Shown: positions 27,082-36,997 of the stretch, piece by piece | Numbering within the stretch: the first letter of the stretch is position 1 | Layout of the letters: the number at the start of each line of letters is the position of its first letter | DNA from: Escherichia phage PhiV-1 | Sequence record: MT542512 | Direction: 5' to 3' (one strand) | DNA: 39,461 nucleotides | Translations under genes and position numbers: made by a program | The notes under the pieces: generated by a model | Told to the model about the DNA's origin: nothing | Databases searched by the model: none | The model's input: only the letters and a program-made list of their open reading frames with translations

Positions 27082-29361
27082 ATGAGTAAGTTAGCACAAG
27101 CATTGGGTAACATGGGTGCTCCTGCTGCAAGCCGACTCCGTGGTACTGGTCGTATGGACGTTAAGGCTGCGACTGTCTATGAAGACCCTAGCTATGCCAA
27201 TAAGTCCGCACTGATTGGGACTGTAGGTAAACTTGCTGAGATGGGTGCTGATGCGTACATGAAGTATGACCAGAAGCAGAAGGACAAGGCAGATGAGCGC
27301 TCCAACGAGATTATCCGCAAGTTGACTCCTGAGCAACGACGTGAGGCCATTAAGAATGGAACACTTCTGTATCAGGACGACCCTTACGCGATGGAAGCAT
27401 TGAAGATTAAGACTGGTCGCAACGCGGCCTACTTGGTTGACGATGAGGTTGCACAGAAGGTTAAGAACGGTGAGTTCCGTACTCGTCAAGAGTTGGAAGA
27501 GTTCCGTCACAGCCGACTGCAAGAAGCCGCTAAGAACTATGCGGAACAGTTCGGTATCAATGAGTCAGATGAGTTTTATCAGAAGGGTTTCAACTCCGAC
27601 ATCACTGAACGTAACATCGCCATCTATGGTGCTCATGATAACTTCCTGAGTGACCAAGCTAAGAAGGGTGCCGTTATCAACAGCCGTGTCGAACTGAACT
27701 CTGTACTCAACGACCCTGAGACCCTTCGTTCCCCATATGCTGGTGAGTTCTTTGAGAACTACTTCAGTGCTGGATTGACGACTGGTAGTATCCCTAGTGA
27801 TGACCAAGCGTTCACAATGATTAGCCAAGGTCTGTCTGACGTGGTTAACCGTGAAGGTGGCGGTCAGTTCCTACAACAGATTGAGAACCGTAAGGTGAAA
27901 CTCCACGGAAAAGAGACAACCTTCAAGGAACTGATGGGTGCCGAACAGTGGAACAATCTGATGGTTAAGGCTCAACATAATGAGTTCCAGTTGAATGCTA
28001 AGAAGACCGAGGCGTTCCAACTTAATGTGAACTCTGCGTTGAACCAAGAGAACGTGAACACTGGCTGGGAACAGTTGCAATCCATCAAGGCTGAACTGGA
28101 CACACTGCAACCGGGCGAAGAGATGACACCTGAACGTCAGGCGTTAATCAATGCACAGACGCAGATGCAGGACAGGATGAAGCGGGAGACTGCTGAGTTA
28201 GCAAAGCAGATGGACAAGCAACAGAAGTCGATGAACAAGATGAACGTCATTGACGCACAGTTCCAGAAGCGACTCAATGGTCAGTATGTGTCTACTGCGT
28301 ATGGCGATATGCCTACCAACGAGAACACTGGTGAGTTCACCCATAGTGACATGGTTAACTATGCGAACAAGAAGTTAGCCGACATTGACGCTATGGACAT
28401 CCCTGCTGAACAGAAGGACCGAATGAAGCTGGACTACCTCAAGGCTGACTCCGAGAAGGGTGCTTTCCGTACTGCGGTGGGTGAACTGATTGGTGACGCT
28501 GAGAAGGAATGGACGTCCGCTGTGATTAATGGGAAGATGCCTGAAGATGGCGGTGTTGCCCTTAACGCTCTTCGTCGTGTCCGTAATGCTGACCCTGAGT
28601 TATTTGCTGCGCTGTATCCTGATAAAGCCGAGATGTTCCTCACTATGGACATGATGGACAACCAAGGGATTGACCCGCAGATTCTCTTAGATGCAGACAA
28701 GGCTCGACAATCTCTGACCAAGGATATGCAGTATGAGGACGACAAGGCATGGGCTGCTCTCAAGAACAACTCACAGTCTCCTGAACTGTCCCGTATGCCA
28801 GCCACCTTGGATGCTGGTGCTCGTAAGATTTATGACTCTGTGAAGTACCGTACTGGTAACGCTGACATGGCAATGCAACAGGTCGATAAGTATCTCAAAG
28901 AGAACACAACGACTCTCACTGGTGATGATGTTGATGGCGATACCATTGGTGTCTTGACGAGAAACTCTCTGCGTGTGACCGATGACCCGGACTCTTGGAA
29001 ACAAGGTAAGGACATCATCGACCAAGCCGCTAAGAAACTCGCTGAGACGAACCCTTGGGTGACTAATAAGCAACTCACTGTGTTCGAGCGTGGTGACTCT
29101 ATCTACCTGATGGACACTACCGGACAGGTTAACGTAAGGTATGACAAGCAGTTGCTCTCGAAGATGTACCAAGAGAATCAGGCCAAGTTGGATGCGGAAG
29201 CACGCGACAAGGCACTCAAAGATGCCAACAAGCGAACCCTGCATACACGAGCTATGAACCGTAAGCGTGAACGTGAAGCCAAGAAACCTAAGCGTTCTGG
29301 TAGCATGTATGATTCGGTGAGTGGTAAAGGTATTCTGGACACGCTGACTGGTAAAGACTAA
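27082..29361 (+). CDS. 15: Internal virion protein C
   Basis: 759 aa at gene 15 position; RBS aggagg. Confidence 0.9.
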   Translation: MSKLAQALGNMGAPAASRLRGTGRMDVKAATVYEDPSYANKSALIGTVGKLAEMGADAYMKYDQKQKDKADERSNEIIRKLTPEQRREAIKNGTLLYQDDPYAMEALKIKTGRNAAYLVDDEVAQKVKNGEFRTRQELEEFRHSRLQEAAKNYAEQFGINESDEFYQKGFNSDITERNIAIYGAHDNFLSDQAKKGAVINSRVELNSVLNDPETLRSPYAGEFFENYFSAGLTTGSIPSDDQAFTMISQGLSDVVNREGGGQFLQQIENRKVKLHGKETTFKELMGAEQWNNLMVKAQHNEFQLNAKKTEAFQLNVNSALNQENVNTGWEQLQSIKAELDTLQPGEEMTPERQALINAQTQMQDRMKRETAELAKQMDKQQKSMNKMNVIDAQFQKRLNGQYVSTAYGDMPTNENTGEFTHSDMVNYANKKLADIDAMDIPAEQKDRMKLDYLKADSEKGAFRTAVGELIGDAEKEWTSAVINGKMPEDGGVALNALRRVRNADPELFAALYPDKAEMFLTMDMMDNQGIDPQILLDADKARQSLTKDMQYEDDKAWAALKNNSQSPELSRMPATLDAGARKIYDSVKYRTGNADMAMQQVDKYLKENTTTLTGDDVDGDTIGVLTRNSLRVTDDPDSWKQGKDIIDQAAKKLAETNPWVTNKQLTVFERGDSIYLMDTTGQVNVRYDKQLLSKMYQENQAKLDAEARDKALKDANKRTLHTRAMNRKREREAKKPKRSGSMYDSVSGKGILDTLTGKD

Positions 29362-29384
29362 CAGACCACGATAGGAGGTTCCAA

Positions 29385-32300
29385 GTGGATAAGTATAACC
29401 AGAACGAACCGCATGAATATGATGCGTTATTTCAACAAGCTGCTGACACACATGGAGTCTCCTATGGCCTTCTTCGGAAGGTCGGTTGGGTAGAGTCCCG
29501 CTTTAAGCCTACGGCTCAATCACCAACAGGGCCGAGAGGTGTCATGCAGTTCACTAAGGCAACTGGTCAGGCTTATGGTCTCCAGAACGATGAGGACTTC
29601 GCTGACCCGGCTAAGTCCATTGATGCAGGTGCTCGTTACCTTGCAGACCTCGTTAAGAAATACAATGGGGATGAACTTAAAGCTGCCCTAGCGTACAACC
29701 AAGGTGAGGGACGTAATGGTAAACCCCAATTGGAAGCCTACGACTCTGGTAACTTTGCTGGCATCGGTGATGAGGGGCGCAACTATCTCCGCTCACTTCT
29801 GGATGTCGCTAAGTCTCCTAAGAGTGGTGACATTGAGTCATTCGGGGGTATCACCCCAAAGGGTAAAGGGATTCCGTTCGATACTGCTATGAGTGGTATC
29901 GGGAAGAAAGGAAAGGTAACTACAGAACTCCCTGAGTCTCACTCAATGTCCTTTCAAGGTAAAGAACAGTCCGCTCCCAATCAGCCGTTCGGAAAAGACT
30001 ATTGGGAAGCAAAAGGAACTACACTCGACGAAGCTAATGAGCGTTCAACCTTCTTCGGATTCGGTAATGCTACTGAAGCAGAACTCTCCAACTCAACCTT
30101 GGGTGTGGCCTTCCGTGCTGGTAAGCGTGATAATGGTTTCGATGTTGTTACTGATGTACTTCAACCGACACGGTTTAACAGCCACATTTGGTCGCCTGAA
30201 GAACTCGAAAGGATTCGCAACGAAGTGAAGAACCCTGCGTACATGAACGTAGTGCTTGGAGGTTCCTCTGAGAATCTGGATGAACTCATCAAGTTAGCCA
30301 ATGAGAACTTCGAGTTGGACTCTAAGGCCGCTGATGCTGGTATTGGTGCCAAACTGTCTGCTGGCCTTATTGGTGCTGGTGTTGACCCATTGACCTACGT
30401 TCCTATCGCTGGGACTGCGGCTAAAGGGTTCAAGCTGGTTAACAAGGCATTGATTGTAGGTGCTCAAGCTGGCGCTCTTAACGTGGCCTCTGAAGGACTC
30501 CGCACATCGGTTGCTGGCGGTGATGCTCACTATGCTGAAGCTGCCCTTGCTGGTATGCTGTTCGCTGGTGGCCTTACTGCTATCGCTGATGGTGTGGCTG
30601 CTGGTCTCCGTAAGTCCGGTGCTGAACAGATTGAGAACCCATTCGCTGCTGCACAGATGCGCTTTGAGGCTCGTGAGACTGCACGTAACACTGGTGGTTA
30701 TGACGCAAGCCGTATGCCTCCTAGTGAAGACCGAGTGTTCTCGAATCACAATGGCGTTGAGTATTCACCTCTTGAAACTGAACCGGGTGCCGTAGTGTTG
30801 CGTGATGGTTCCATTATCAGTGATACAAACTTGGCTAACCCGATGACAGCCAAAGAGTTCGCAGAAGTAGACCCTGAACGTGCTGCGTGGGGCTTGCCTA
30901 TGCGTGGACTGAGTGAAATCGGCTTGAGGACTTTGCGTTCTGAACACGCTGAAATCCGTGGTCTCGCTAAGGACTTAGTGCGTTCACCTACAGGGATGGA
31001 GTCTGGCTCACATGGTAAGTTCGGTGCTACGGCCTCTGACATCAAAGAGCGTCTGCACAGTACCAACCAGCGAACCTACAATGACCTCTATGATGCAATG
31101 AAGGAAGCAATGGCTGACCCTGAGTGGTCAGTGGGTATGTTCAAGCGTGGTGCTCAAGGTGCCCGTCAGGAAATCTATCGTCGTGCTGCTATCGCTATTG
31201 AGCGTCCAGAACTTCAAGCCAACTTAACGAAGGCTGAACGTAAGGTAATGGACATCATGAAGGAACATTTCGACCTCAAGCGTGAGATGATGGAGAACCC
31301 GGCTATGTTCGGTAACAAGGCAACTTCCATCTTCCCTAACAGTCGTCACAAAGGGACTTACGTTCCTCATGTGTACTCACGGGAAGCCAAGCAGTTGTAC
31401 GCACAGGCTCTTGGTGGCTCTGACGGTTTACAGGAAGCTATCGCTGCAAGCTGGATGACCTCTTACCGTTCACGCCCTGAAGTTAAGGCTCGTGTGGATG
31501 AGCATTTAGCGGAGACATTGGGTATCGACCCGAAGGCTGTAACCGAAGAGATGGTGATGAAACATGCCAGCGACAAGGCTTATGGTATTGCGAAGACTGA
31601 TGAGTTCAACTCTTCGAGTGTCATCGACGATAACATTGAGGGTCTCGTTGGGATTGAGAACAACTCGTTCCTTGAAGCCCGTAACCTGTTTGACTCTGAC
31701 ATGCCAGTCACTCTACCTAATGGACAGCAATTCTCTGTGAATGACCTCCGTGACTTCGATATGAAGCATGTGATGCCAGCCTATGACCGCCGTGTTGATG
31801 GTGACATTGCTATCATGGGTGGTACAGGAAAGACTACTGCTGAACTCAAGGATTCCATTATGGCTCTCGATAAGAAGTCAGAAGGGAAGGGTACGATGAA
31901 AGGTGAAGTTGAAGCACTCAAGGATACCGTTAAGATTCTCACAGGTCGCGCTCGACGCAATCAGGATACTATGGGTGACACTATGGTTCGCGCTCTGTCC
32001 GATATGTCCTTCTTTACGAAGAACGCATACATGGGCTTGCAGAACCTAACTGAAATCTCTGGTCTCTTGGCGAAGGGTAACACCCGTGCGATGCTGCATG
32101 GCATTCCTGCTCTGCGTGACCTAGCATTCCGTAACAAGCCAGTGTCAGGTAAGGAACTTAAGGAACTACACTCTATGGTGTTCGGTAAAGAGTTCGATGA
32201 CTTAATCAGACCGACACGTCAGGACATCATTCAGCGACTCCGTGAATCTACGGATACACCTGATGTTGCCGCTAAGGTTGTTGGTACGGTTAAGCACACC

Positions 32301-33332
32301 ACTCAAGAGTTTGCTGCTCGCTCTCCGTTCACTAAGTTCCTGAATGGTACATCAAACTACATTCTCGACATGGCTCGACAGGGTGTGATGGGTGATGTGG
32401 TCACTCATGCTATCACTGGCAAGGGTGCCAACAAGTGGATTAAAGGCGACATGCTGAAGTCTGCGAGTATCTCAAAGGAACAGTGGGAAGGCATTCAGAA
32501 CCTCATCCGTGAGAACGTCACTCAAGGTGCTGACGGTAAGTACACCTTCAAGGACAAACGCAAGCTGGCTAATGACCCTCGTGCTATGGACTTGTGGCGC
32601 TTAGCTGATAAGGTTGCCGATGAGACAATGCTGAGACCTCACAAGGTTTCACTTCAGGATTCCCATGCGTTTGGTGCTGCCGCTAAGTTGGTCCTTCAGT
32701 TCAAGTCTTTCGTAATCAAGTCGATGAACTCTAAGTTTATCCGCTCTGGTCACGAGGCTATGAAGAATCACCGAGCTATGGACATGGCATTAACCTATGC
32801 AATCTCTGGAGGCATCGCTGGTGCTTACTATGTTGCACAGGCACACATGAAGGCTGCTGGTCTACCTAAAGAGCAACAGAAGGATTACTTGAAGAAAGCT
32901 CTGGACCCTAAGATGATTGCGTATGCTGCTGCATCCCGTAGTTCACATTTAGGTTCCCCGTTGAGTATCGCCAACTTCGCTATGGGTGCTGCTGGTTACG
33001 ACCAAGGTCTCATGGTGCGCTCCACGATTCTACCGAAAGGAGAAGACAAGCGTGACCGGAATAAAGCAGTGACCTCTCGTGATATGGGAGAATCCATCAT
33101 GGGCGCTATTGGTGAACAGATTCCTGCTCTTGGTTTCGCTGGGGCAACTCTTGCTGCTGGTCGAAATGCTTATGGTGTCCTAACGGCTCCTAACAAAGTG
33201 ACCGAGCGTGAGATGATGACTGGCTTGATGAATGCTCATCGTGAGATGGTTCCTAACGACCCTATCACTCAACAGATGCTCATTAAGTTCTATGAGGCTA
33301 ACGGTGTTCACCTTAAGTCTGACAAGAAGTAA
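29385..33332 (+). CDS. 16: Internal virion protein D with N-terminal lytic transglycosylase domain
   Basis: 1315 aa; GTG start 7 nt after aggagg; N-terminus MDKY..N.P..YD.LFQ.AAD..GVSY.LLRKV.W.ESRF.PTA.S.TGP.G.MQFTKAT as in T7 gp16. Confidence 0.95.
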   Translation: MDKYNQNEPHEYDALFQQAADTHGVSYGLLRKVGWVESRFKPTAQSPTGPRGVMQFTKATGQAYGLQNDEDFADPAKSIDAGARYLADLVKKYNGDELKAALAYNQGEGRNGKPQLEAYDSGNFAGIGDEGRNYLRSLLDVAKSPKSGDIESFGGITPKGKGIPFDTAMSGIGKKGKVTTELPESHSMSFQGKEQSAPNQPFGKDYWEAKGTTLDEANERSTFFGFGNATEAELSNSTLGVAFRAGKRDNGFDVVTDVLQPTRFNSHIWSPEELERIRNEVKNPAYMNVVLGGSSENLDELIKLANENFELDSKAADAGIGAKLSAGLIGAGVDPLTYVPIAGTAAKGFKLVNKALIVGAQAGALNVASEGLRTSVAGGDAHYAEAALAGMLFAGGLTAIADGVAAGLRKSGAEQIENPFAAAQMRFEARETARNTGGYDASRMPPSEDRVFSNHNGVEYSPLETEPGAVVLRDGSIISDTNLANPMTAKEFAEVDPERAAWGLPMRGLSEIGLRTLRSEHAEIRGLAKDLVRSPTGMESGSHGKFGATASDIKERLHSTNQRTYNDLYDAMKEAMADPEWSVGMFKRGAQGARQEIYRRAAIAIERPELQANLTKAERKVMDIMKEHFDLKREMMENPAMFGNKATSIFPNSRHKGTYVPHVYSREAKQLYAQALGGSDGLQEAIAASWMTSYRSRPEVKARVDEHLAETLGIDPKAVTEEMVMKHASDKAYGIAKTDEFNSSSVIDDNIEGLVGIENNSFLEARNLFDSDMPVTLPNGQQFSVNDLRDFDMKHVMPAYDRRVDGDIAIMGGTGKTTAELKDSIMALDKKSEGKGTMKGEVEALKDTVKILTGRARRNQDTMGDTMVRALSDMSFFTKNAYMGLQNLTEISGLLAKGNTRAMLHGIPALRDLAFRNKPVSGKELKELHSMVFGKEFDDLIRPTRQDIIQRLRESTDTPDVAAKVVGTVKHTTQEFAARSPFTKFLNGTSNYILDMARQGVMGDVVTHAITGKGANKWIKGDMLKSASISKEQWEGIQNLIRENVTQGADGKYTFKDKRKLANDPRAMDLWRLADKVADETMLRPHKVSLQDSHAFGAAAKLVLQFKSFVIKSMNSKFIRSGHEAMKNHRAMDMALTYAISGGIAGAYYVAQAHMKAAGLPKEQQKDYLKKALDPKMIAYAAASRSSHLGSPLSIANFAMGAAGYDQGLMVRSTILPKGEDKRDRNKAVTSRDMGESIMGAIGEQIPALGFAGATLAAGRNAYGVLTAPNKVTEREMMTGLMNAHREMVPNDPITQQMLIKFYEANGVHLKSDKK

Positions 33333-33333
33333 T

Positions 33334-33356
33334 CAATACGACTCACTAATGGGAAG
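33334..33356 (+). promoter_or_regulatory. Phage RNAP promoter (phi17)
   Basis: CAATACGACTCACTAATGGGAAG; 5' hairpin gggaaggctcacacagcttccc. Confidence 0.7.
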
Positions 33357-33403
33357 GCTCACACAGCTTCCCTCTATCCAACACATTCGAAAGGAGGCTA
33401 CTG

Positions 33404-35371
33404 ATGGCTAACAAGATTCGTACTGTGATGACTTACCCACTTAATGGTGCCGTGAACTTCACGATTACCTTTGAGTATCTGGCACGTAAGTTCATCCAAG
33501 TGACACTCATTGGTAAAGACCGTAAAGAACTGGTTCTCAATCAGGACTACCGTTTTACCAGTAAGACTCAAATTACTACTACCCGTGCGTGGACTGCTGC
33601 TGATGGCTACCAGATGATTGAGATTCGTCGATTCACTTCGGCTACTGACCGTCTGGTTGACTTTGCCGATGGCTCAATCCTCCGTGCGTATGACCTGAAC
33701 ATCTCGCAGATTCAAACACTGCATGTTGCCGAAGAAGCACGAGACCTCACTGCGGATACCATTGGTGTCAACAATGATGGTCACTTAGATGCTCGTGGTC
33801 GTAAGATTGTTAACTTGGCGTATGCCACAAGTGACTATGATGCCGTTCCTTTAAAGCAGGTTAAAGAGCGTGAATCCTCTGCATGGAATGCTGTGACAAA
33901 AGCTAACGAACACGCTGACAGGGCCAATAAGGAAGCAAACCGTTCTCGTGATGAGGCCAACCGTGCCCAACGTGAAGCTGACCGCTCAACGCAACAGGCA
34001 GGTGTCTCTACACAACAAGCAGTTGAGGCCAAGAAGCAAGCTGACCGTTCTAACTCTGAGGCTAACCGAGCTAAAGGTTATGCTGATAGTATGACCGCAA
34101 GTGTCGCTGAGGCCAAGAAGCAAGCTGACCGTTCCACCTCTGAGGCCAATCGTGCCCGTGATGAGGCCAATCGTGCTGCCGGAGAAGTGACTAAAGCTGC
34201 TGCTGAGGTTGCCAAGGCTGCTGCACACGTTGAGACCGCTAAGAGTCACGCCAATCGTGCTAACACTGAGGCAGAACGCTCTAAGAGTGAAGCCGACCGT
34301 GCTAAAACCGAGGCTGACAAGCTGGGTAATATGAATGAATTAGCTGAGGCCATCGACAGGGTTGATGCTCCTGATGTTTACTTCAAGAGGAATGTTATAG
34401 CCGGACACAAATTGGAGACTTCTGGAGGCTCGCATCTTCACCCTAATGAGATTAAATTGGTTAACAATAAATCTCCAGACCAGCACTTCATTGTACAAGC
34501 GTGGGGAACTGGAGACCCTAATAATAGGTCGCAGGTGTTTGAGTTAAAGGATAACTTGGGTCCGTACGCATTCTATATCCAGCGCCAGAAGAAGACAGAC
34601 CAAACTTGGCAAATGAGTGTGAACGGTACTGTTAGCTGCGTATCCATCGAGGCTGGCAAGGGTTTCATCTCTAAGGACAGTACAGGCTCCATTCAGATGA
34701 AGACTTGGGGGGGTGGTTGGAACCAATGGACTTCTAATGCTGTTCCAGACATTCAGCACGATATTGAGGCCCAACATGATGCTGCTTATCTTCTGGAGAG
34801 GGCTACCATTTGGGGTAAGGAGCATTTATACGCAAAACAACTGTACAATAATGGCACTGGCGCAAACTTCTTTATTCGCCACTACCTACGAGGCTCTTAC
34901 TTCGACTTCCGCTCTGATGGTACTCTTATCAGTTCCACCGGATGGAATATCCCGGCAGATGGAAACCTGTACATCAAGAAATATGGACTATATATTGATG
35001 CGTGGGTTAACAAGCGCTTGGGCGAACACGCCTACAACAAGAGCGAGACAAACAACCTAGTGAATGGTCGATTGACACAAGCGCAAGCTGATGGTCGCTA
35101 CATTCGCAAGAACGCTGGTTGGGCTGAGGTCTGGAGCGGCTCTGCTGGTGGTGGTGTTTCCGTAGGTCTCTCACAGGATGTTCGTTGGAGAACCATCTGG
35201 ATTCAAACTCAAGGCAGATGGAACCCTGTTCAGATTGGTGATAATGGTGCTTACTACATCTCGTCTAATGGTGGGTGGTTGAAGTTCACCATCTCTAATA
35301 ACGGTAGGACGTTCCGTAACGATGAGGACAGGACTTCTGTTCCTACGAGAATCTTGATTCAAAACCAATAA
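33404..35371 (+). CDS. 17: Tail fibre protein
   Basis: 655 aa; N-terminal about 150 aa and C-terminal tip (AWTQVWSGSAGGGVSV..SQD.R.R.IWI...SNG..F.N..D.RSVP) match T7 gp17; central coiled-coil longer than in T7 (553 aa). Confidence 0.95.
   Translation: MANKIRTVMTYPLNGAVNFTITFEYLARKFIQVTLIGKDRKELVLNQDYRFTSKTQITTTRAWTAADGYQMIEIRRFTSATDRLVDFADGSILRAYDLNISQIQTLHVAEEARDLTADTIGVNNDGHLDARGRKIVNLAYATSDYDAVPLKQVKERESSAWNAVTKANEHADRANKEANRSRDEANRAQREADRSTQQAGVSTQQAVEAKKQADRSNSEANRAKGYADSMTASVAEAKKQADRSTSEANRARDEANRAAGEVTKAAAEVAKAAAHVETAKSHANRANTEAERSKSEADRAKTEADKLGNMNELAEAIDRVDAPDVYFKRNVIAGHKLETSGGSHLHPNEIKLVNNKSPDQHFIVQAWGTGDPNNRSQVFELKDNLGPYAFYIQRQKKTDQTWQMSVNGTVSCVSIEAGKGFISKDSTGSIQMKTWGGGWNQWTSNAVPDIQHDIEAQHDAAYLLERATIWGKEHLYAKQLYNNGTGANFFIRHYLRGSYFDFRSDGTLISSTGWNIPADGNLYIKKYGLYIDAWVNKRLGEHAYNKSETNNLVNGRLTQAQADGRYIRKNAGWAEVWSGSAGGGVSVGLSQDVRWRTIWIQTQGRWNPVQIGDNGAYYISSNGGWLKFTISNNGRTFRNDEDRTSVPTRILIQNQ
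33948..34175 (+). repeat. Internal direct repeats within tail-fibre shaft coding region
   Basis: 26-bp exact repeat gaggccaagaagcaagctgaccgttc at 34025-34050 and 34109-34134; cgtgatgaggccaa(c/t)cgtgc at 33948 and 34157. Confidence 0.65.
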
Positions 35372-35415
35372 TGGAATACAACGAGGCCACGGATGGCTGA
35401 CACTAGGAGGACATA

Positions 35416-35625
35416 ATGTTGTCATTGGATTTTAACAACGAGGTAGTGAAGGCTGCTCCGATTGTAGGGACAGGGGTTGCCGATGGTGCTTCCAGACTGT
35501 TCTTCGGCCTATCACTTAACGAGTGGTTTTATGTAGCCGCAATTGCCTACACAGTGGCTCAAATTGGTGCCAAGGTAGTCGACGTGGTTATCAAATGGAA
35601 GAAGGAGGGTAGAGATGTCGGATAA
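35416..35625 (+). CDS. 17.5: Holin (class II)
   Basis: 69 aa; MLSLDFNNE..KAAPIVGTGVAD...RLFFGLSLNEWFYVAAIAYTV.QIGAKVVD near-identical to recalled T7 gp17.5. Confidence 0.9.
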   Translation: MLSLDFNNEVVKAAPIVGTGVADGASRLFFGLSLNEWFYVAAIAYTVAQIGAKVVDVVIKWKKEGRDVG

Positions 35626-35881
35626 ATCTTTGATTCAATTCCTTGAGATGCTGGACACTGAGATGGCTCAACGTATGCTTGCTGACTTGCAGAACGATGA
35701 ACGCCGTACACCTCAACTGTACAACGCAATCGGGAAACTGTTAGAACGCCACAAGTTCCAAGTCTCCAAGTTACAGCCAGACCGTAACATCCTTGGTGGA
35801 CTGGCAGATGGACTTCAGGAGTATCAGAACCTAGTAGGTGACGATGGTCTCACTGAAGATGAGAAGTACACGCTGAACTGA
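35615..35881 (+). CDS. 18: Terminase small subunit
   Basis: 88 aa; DKSLI.FLEMLDT.MAQRMLADL...ERR.PQLYNAI.KLL.RHKFQ..KLQPD..ILGGLA as in T7 gp18. Confidence 0.9.
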   Translation: MSDKSLIQFLEMLDTEMAQRMLADLQNDERRTPQLYNAIGKLLERHKFQVSKLQPDRNILGGLADGLQEYQNLVGDDGLTEDEKYTLN

Positions 35882-35885
35882 TGGA

Positions 35886-35925
35886 ATAACTCAAGGCCAC
35901 TACATCTAGTGGTCTTTATGATATT
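35886..35925 (+). promoter_or_regulatory. RNase III-type processing hairpin (R18.5 position)
   Basis: aaggccacta-catc-tagtggtctt 10-bp stem then tatgatattt. Confidence 0.5.
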
Positions 35926-35979
35926 TCAACACAACTCACGGTGACGCTACGTGAAATCTGAAAATACGGGAGGGTAGTT

Positions 35980-36423
35980 ATGCTCAAGAATTTAAAGAGC
36001 TACGTCATAATCGCTGCGTTTGCCTTGGGGATGACCCTTGCGTACAACCACGGCTATGACAAGGCTAACACTAAATGGGAACAGGAGGTGCACAATGAGT
36101 ACGTTAAGAAAGTTAAGGCGACTGAGGATAAACAGGCTGCTATCAACGAAGTCTCACGACAATACCAAGAAGACCTTGCGGCGCTGGAAGGCAGCACTGA
36201 TAGGGTCATTAATGATTTGCGTAACGATGGTAAGCGGCTGCGTGTCAAACTATCAGCCACCTCACGAGAACTCCAAGCTAACGGTGGATGCCTCGTTGAT
36301 GGTCGAGCCGAACTTGACGAAGAGTTTAGTAAGCGTCTTATCGGAGTAACACAAAGAGGGGATGCGTGGATTAAAGCGCTCCAAAATACAATAACTGAAA
36401 TGCAATCTAAGAAGGAGAAATAA
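35980..36423 (+). CDS. 18.5: i-spanin (Rz-like)
   Basis: 147 aa; N-terminal TM (YVIIAAFALGMTLAY) plus coiled coil; matches T7 gp18.5 position. Confidence 0.9.
   Translation: MLKNLKSYVIIAAFALGMTLAYNHGYDKANTKWEQEVHNEYVKKVKATEDKQAAINEVSRQYQEDLAALEGSTDRVINDLRNDGKRLRVKLSATSRELQANGGCLVDGRAELDEEFSKRLIGVTQRGDAWIKALQNTITEMQSKKEK
36095..36349 (+). CDS. 18.7: o-spanin (Rz1-like lipoprotein) embedded in +1 frame of Rz
   Basis: 84 aa from ATG 36095 (RBS aggaggtg); lipobox-like VSGC; SLMVEPNLT as in T7 gp18.7. Confidence 0.75.
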   Translation: MSTLRKLRRLRINRLLSTKSHDNTKKTLRRWKAALIGSLMICVTMVSGCVSNYQPPHENSKLTVDASLMVEPNLTKSLVSVLSE

Positions 36424-36424
36424 T

Positions 36425-36982
36425 ATGGCTACTACAAACTCAAGAACCCGCACACTCTGGACCATCAATGGTCGCTCACCGGACAGCCGGGATATGTACG
36501 ACCGAAACAATGTTGGCCTTCGTGTTGGGCGCATCGACATCCCAGCGTCAGAAATGGTCAAGGTAGATGGCTACGACAAGGTTGAATACGTGGTGCAACT
36601 GAGTGATGGCACAACCGAGCAACATGCTACGTTTGAGACCTTGATGTCCACTTGGGGTGGCTCCGTAGAGTCTAAACCGGGTAGTGGGTTCATGACGGTA
36701 TTTCTGAATGAGCAAAGCACTGAGCGGCTCGGTATGGTTCGAATCGACGTATACAAAGAGTGGACTGGTGCTGACCCTGAGCCGGAAGGTGGTGTGGCTT
36801 CATTAGTTAGTGCAACGCTTTCTGCGTCTGATAGTGCATTTGGTACACAGTTCGTGGATAGCGAAGGGAAGAGCGCTTCCGTTATGTTCCAACCTAGTAA
36901 CATCGACGGGGCTGTATCTAAGACCGACACTATCAAGGCTCTTGAGAAGCGCATCGCTGCCTTAGAGAAATCTGCCGAGTAA
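36425..36982 (+). CDS. Hypothetical protein, unassigned; no T7/T3 counterpart recalled at this locus
   Basis: 185 aa; strong RBS gaaggagaaataatATG; acidic S/T/G-rich with C-terminal amphipathic tail TIKALEKRIAALEKSAE. Confidence 0.6.
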   Translation: MATTNSRTRTLWTINGRSPDSRDMYDRNNVGLRVGRIDIPASEMVKVDGYDKVEYVVQLSDGTTEQHATFETLMSTWGGSVESKPGSGFMTVFLNEQSTERLGMVRIDVYKEWTGADPEPEGGVASLVSATLSASDSAFGTQFVDSEGKSASVMFQPSNIDGAVSKTDTIKALEKRIAALEKSAE

Positions 36983-36997
36983 CAATAGGAGGCCATA

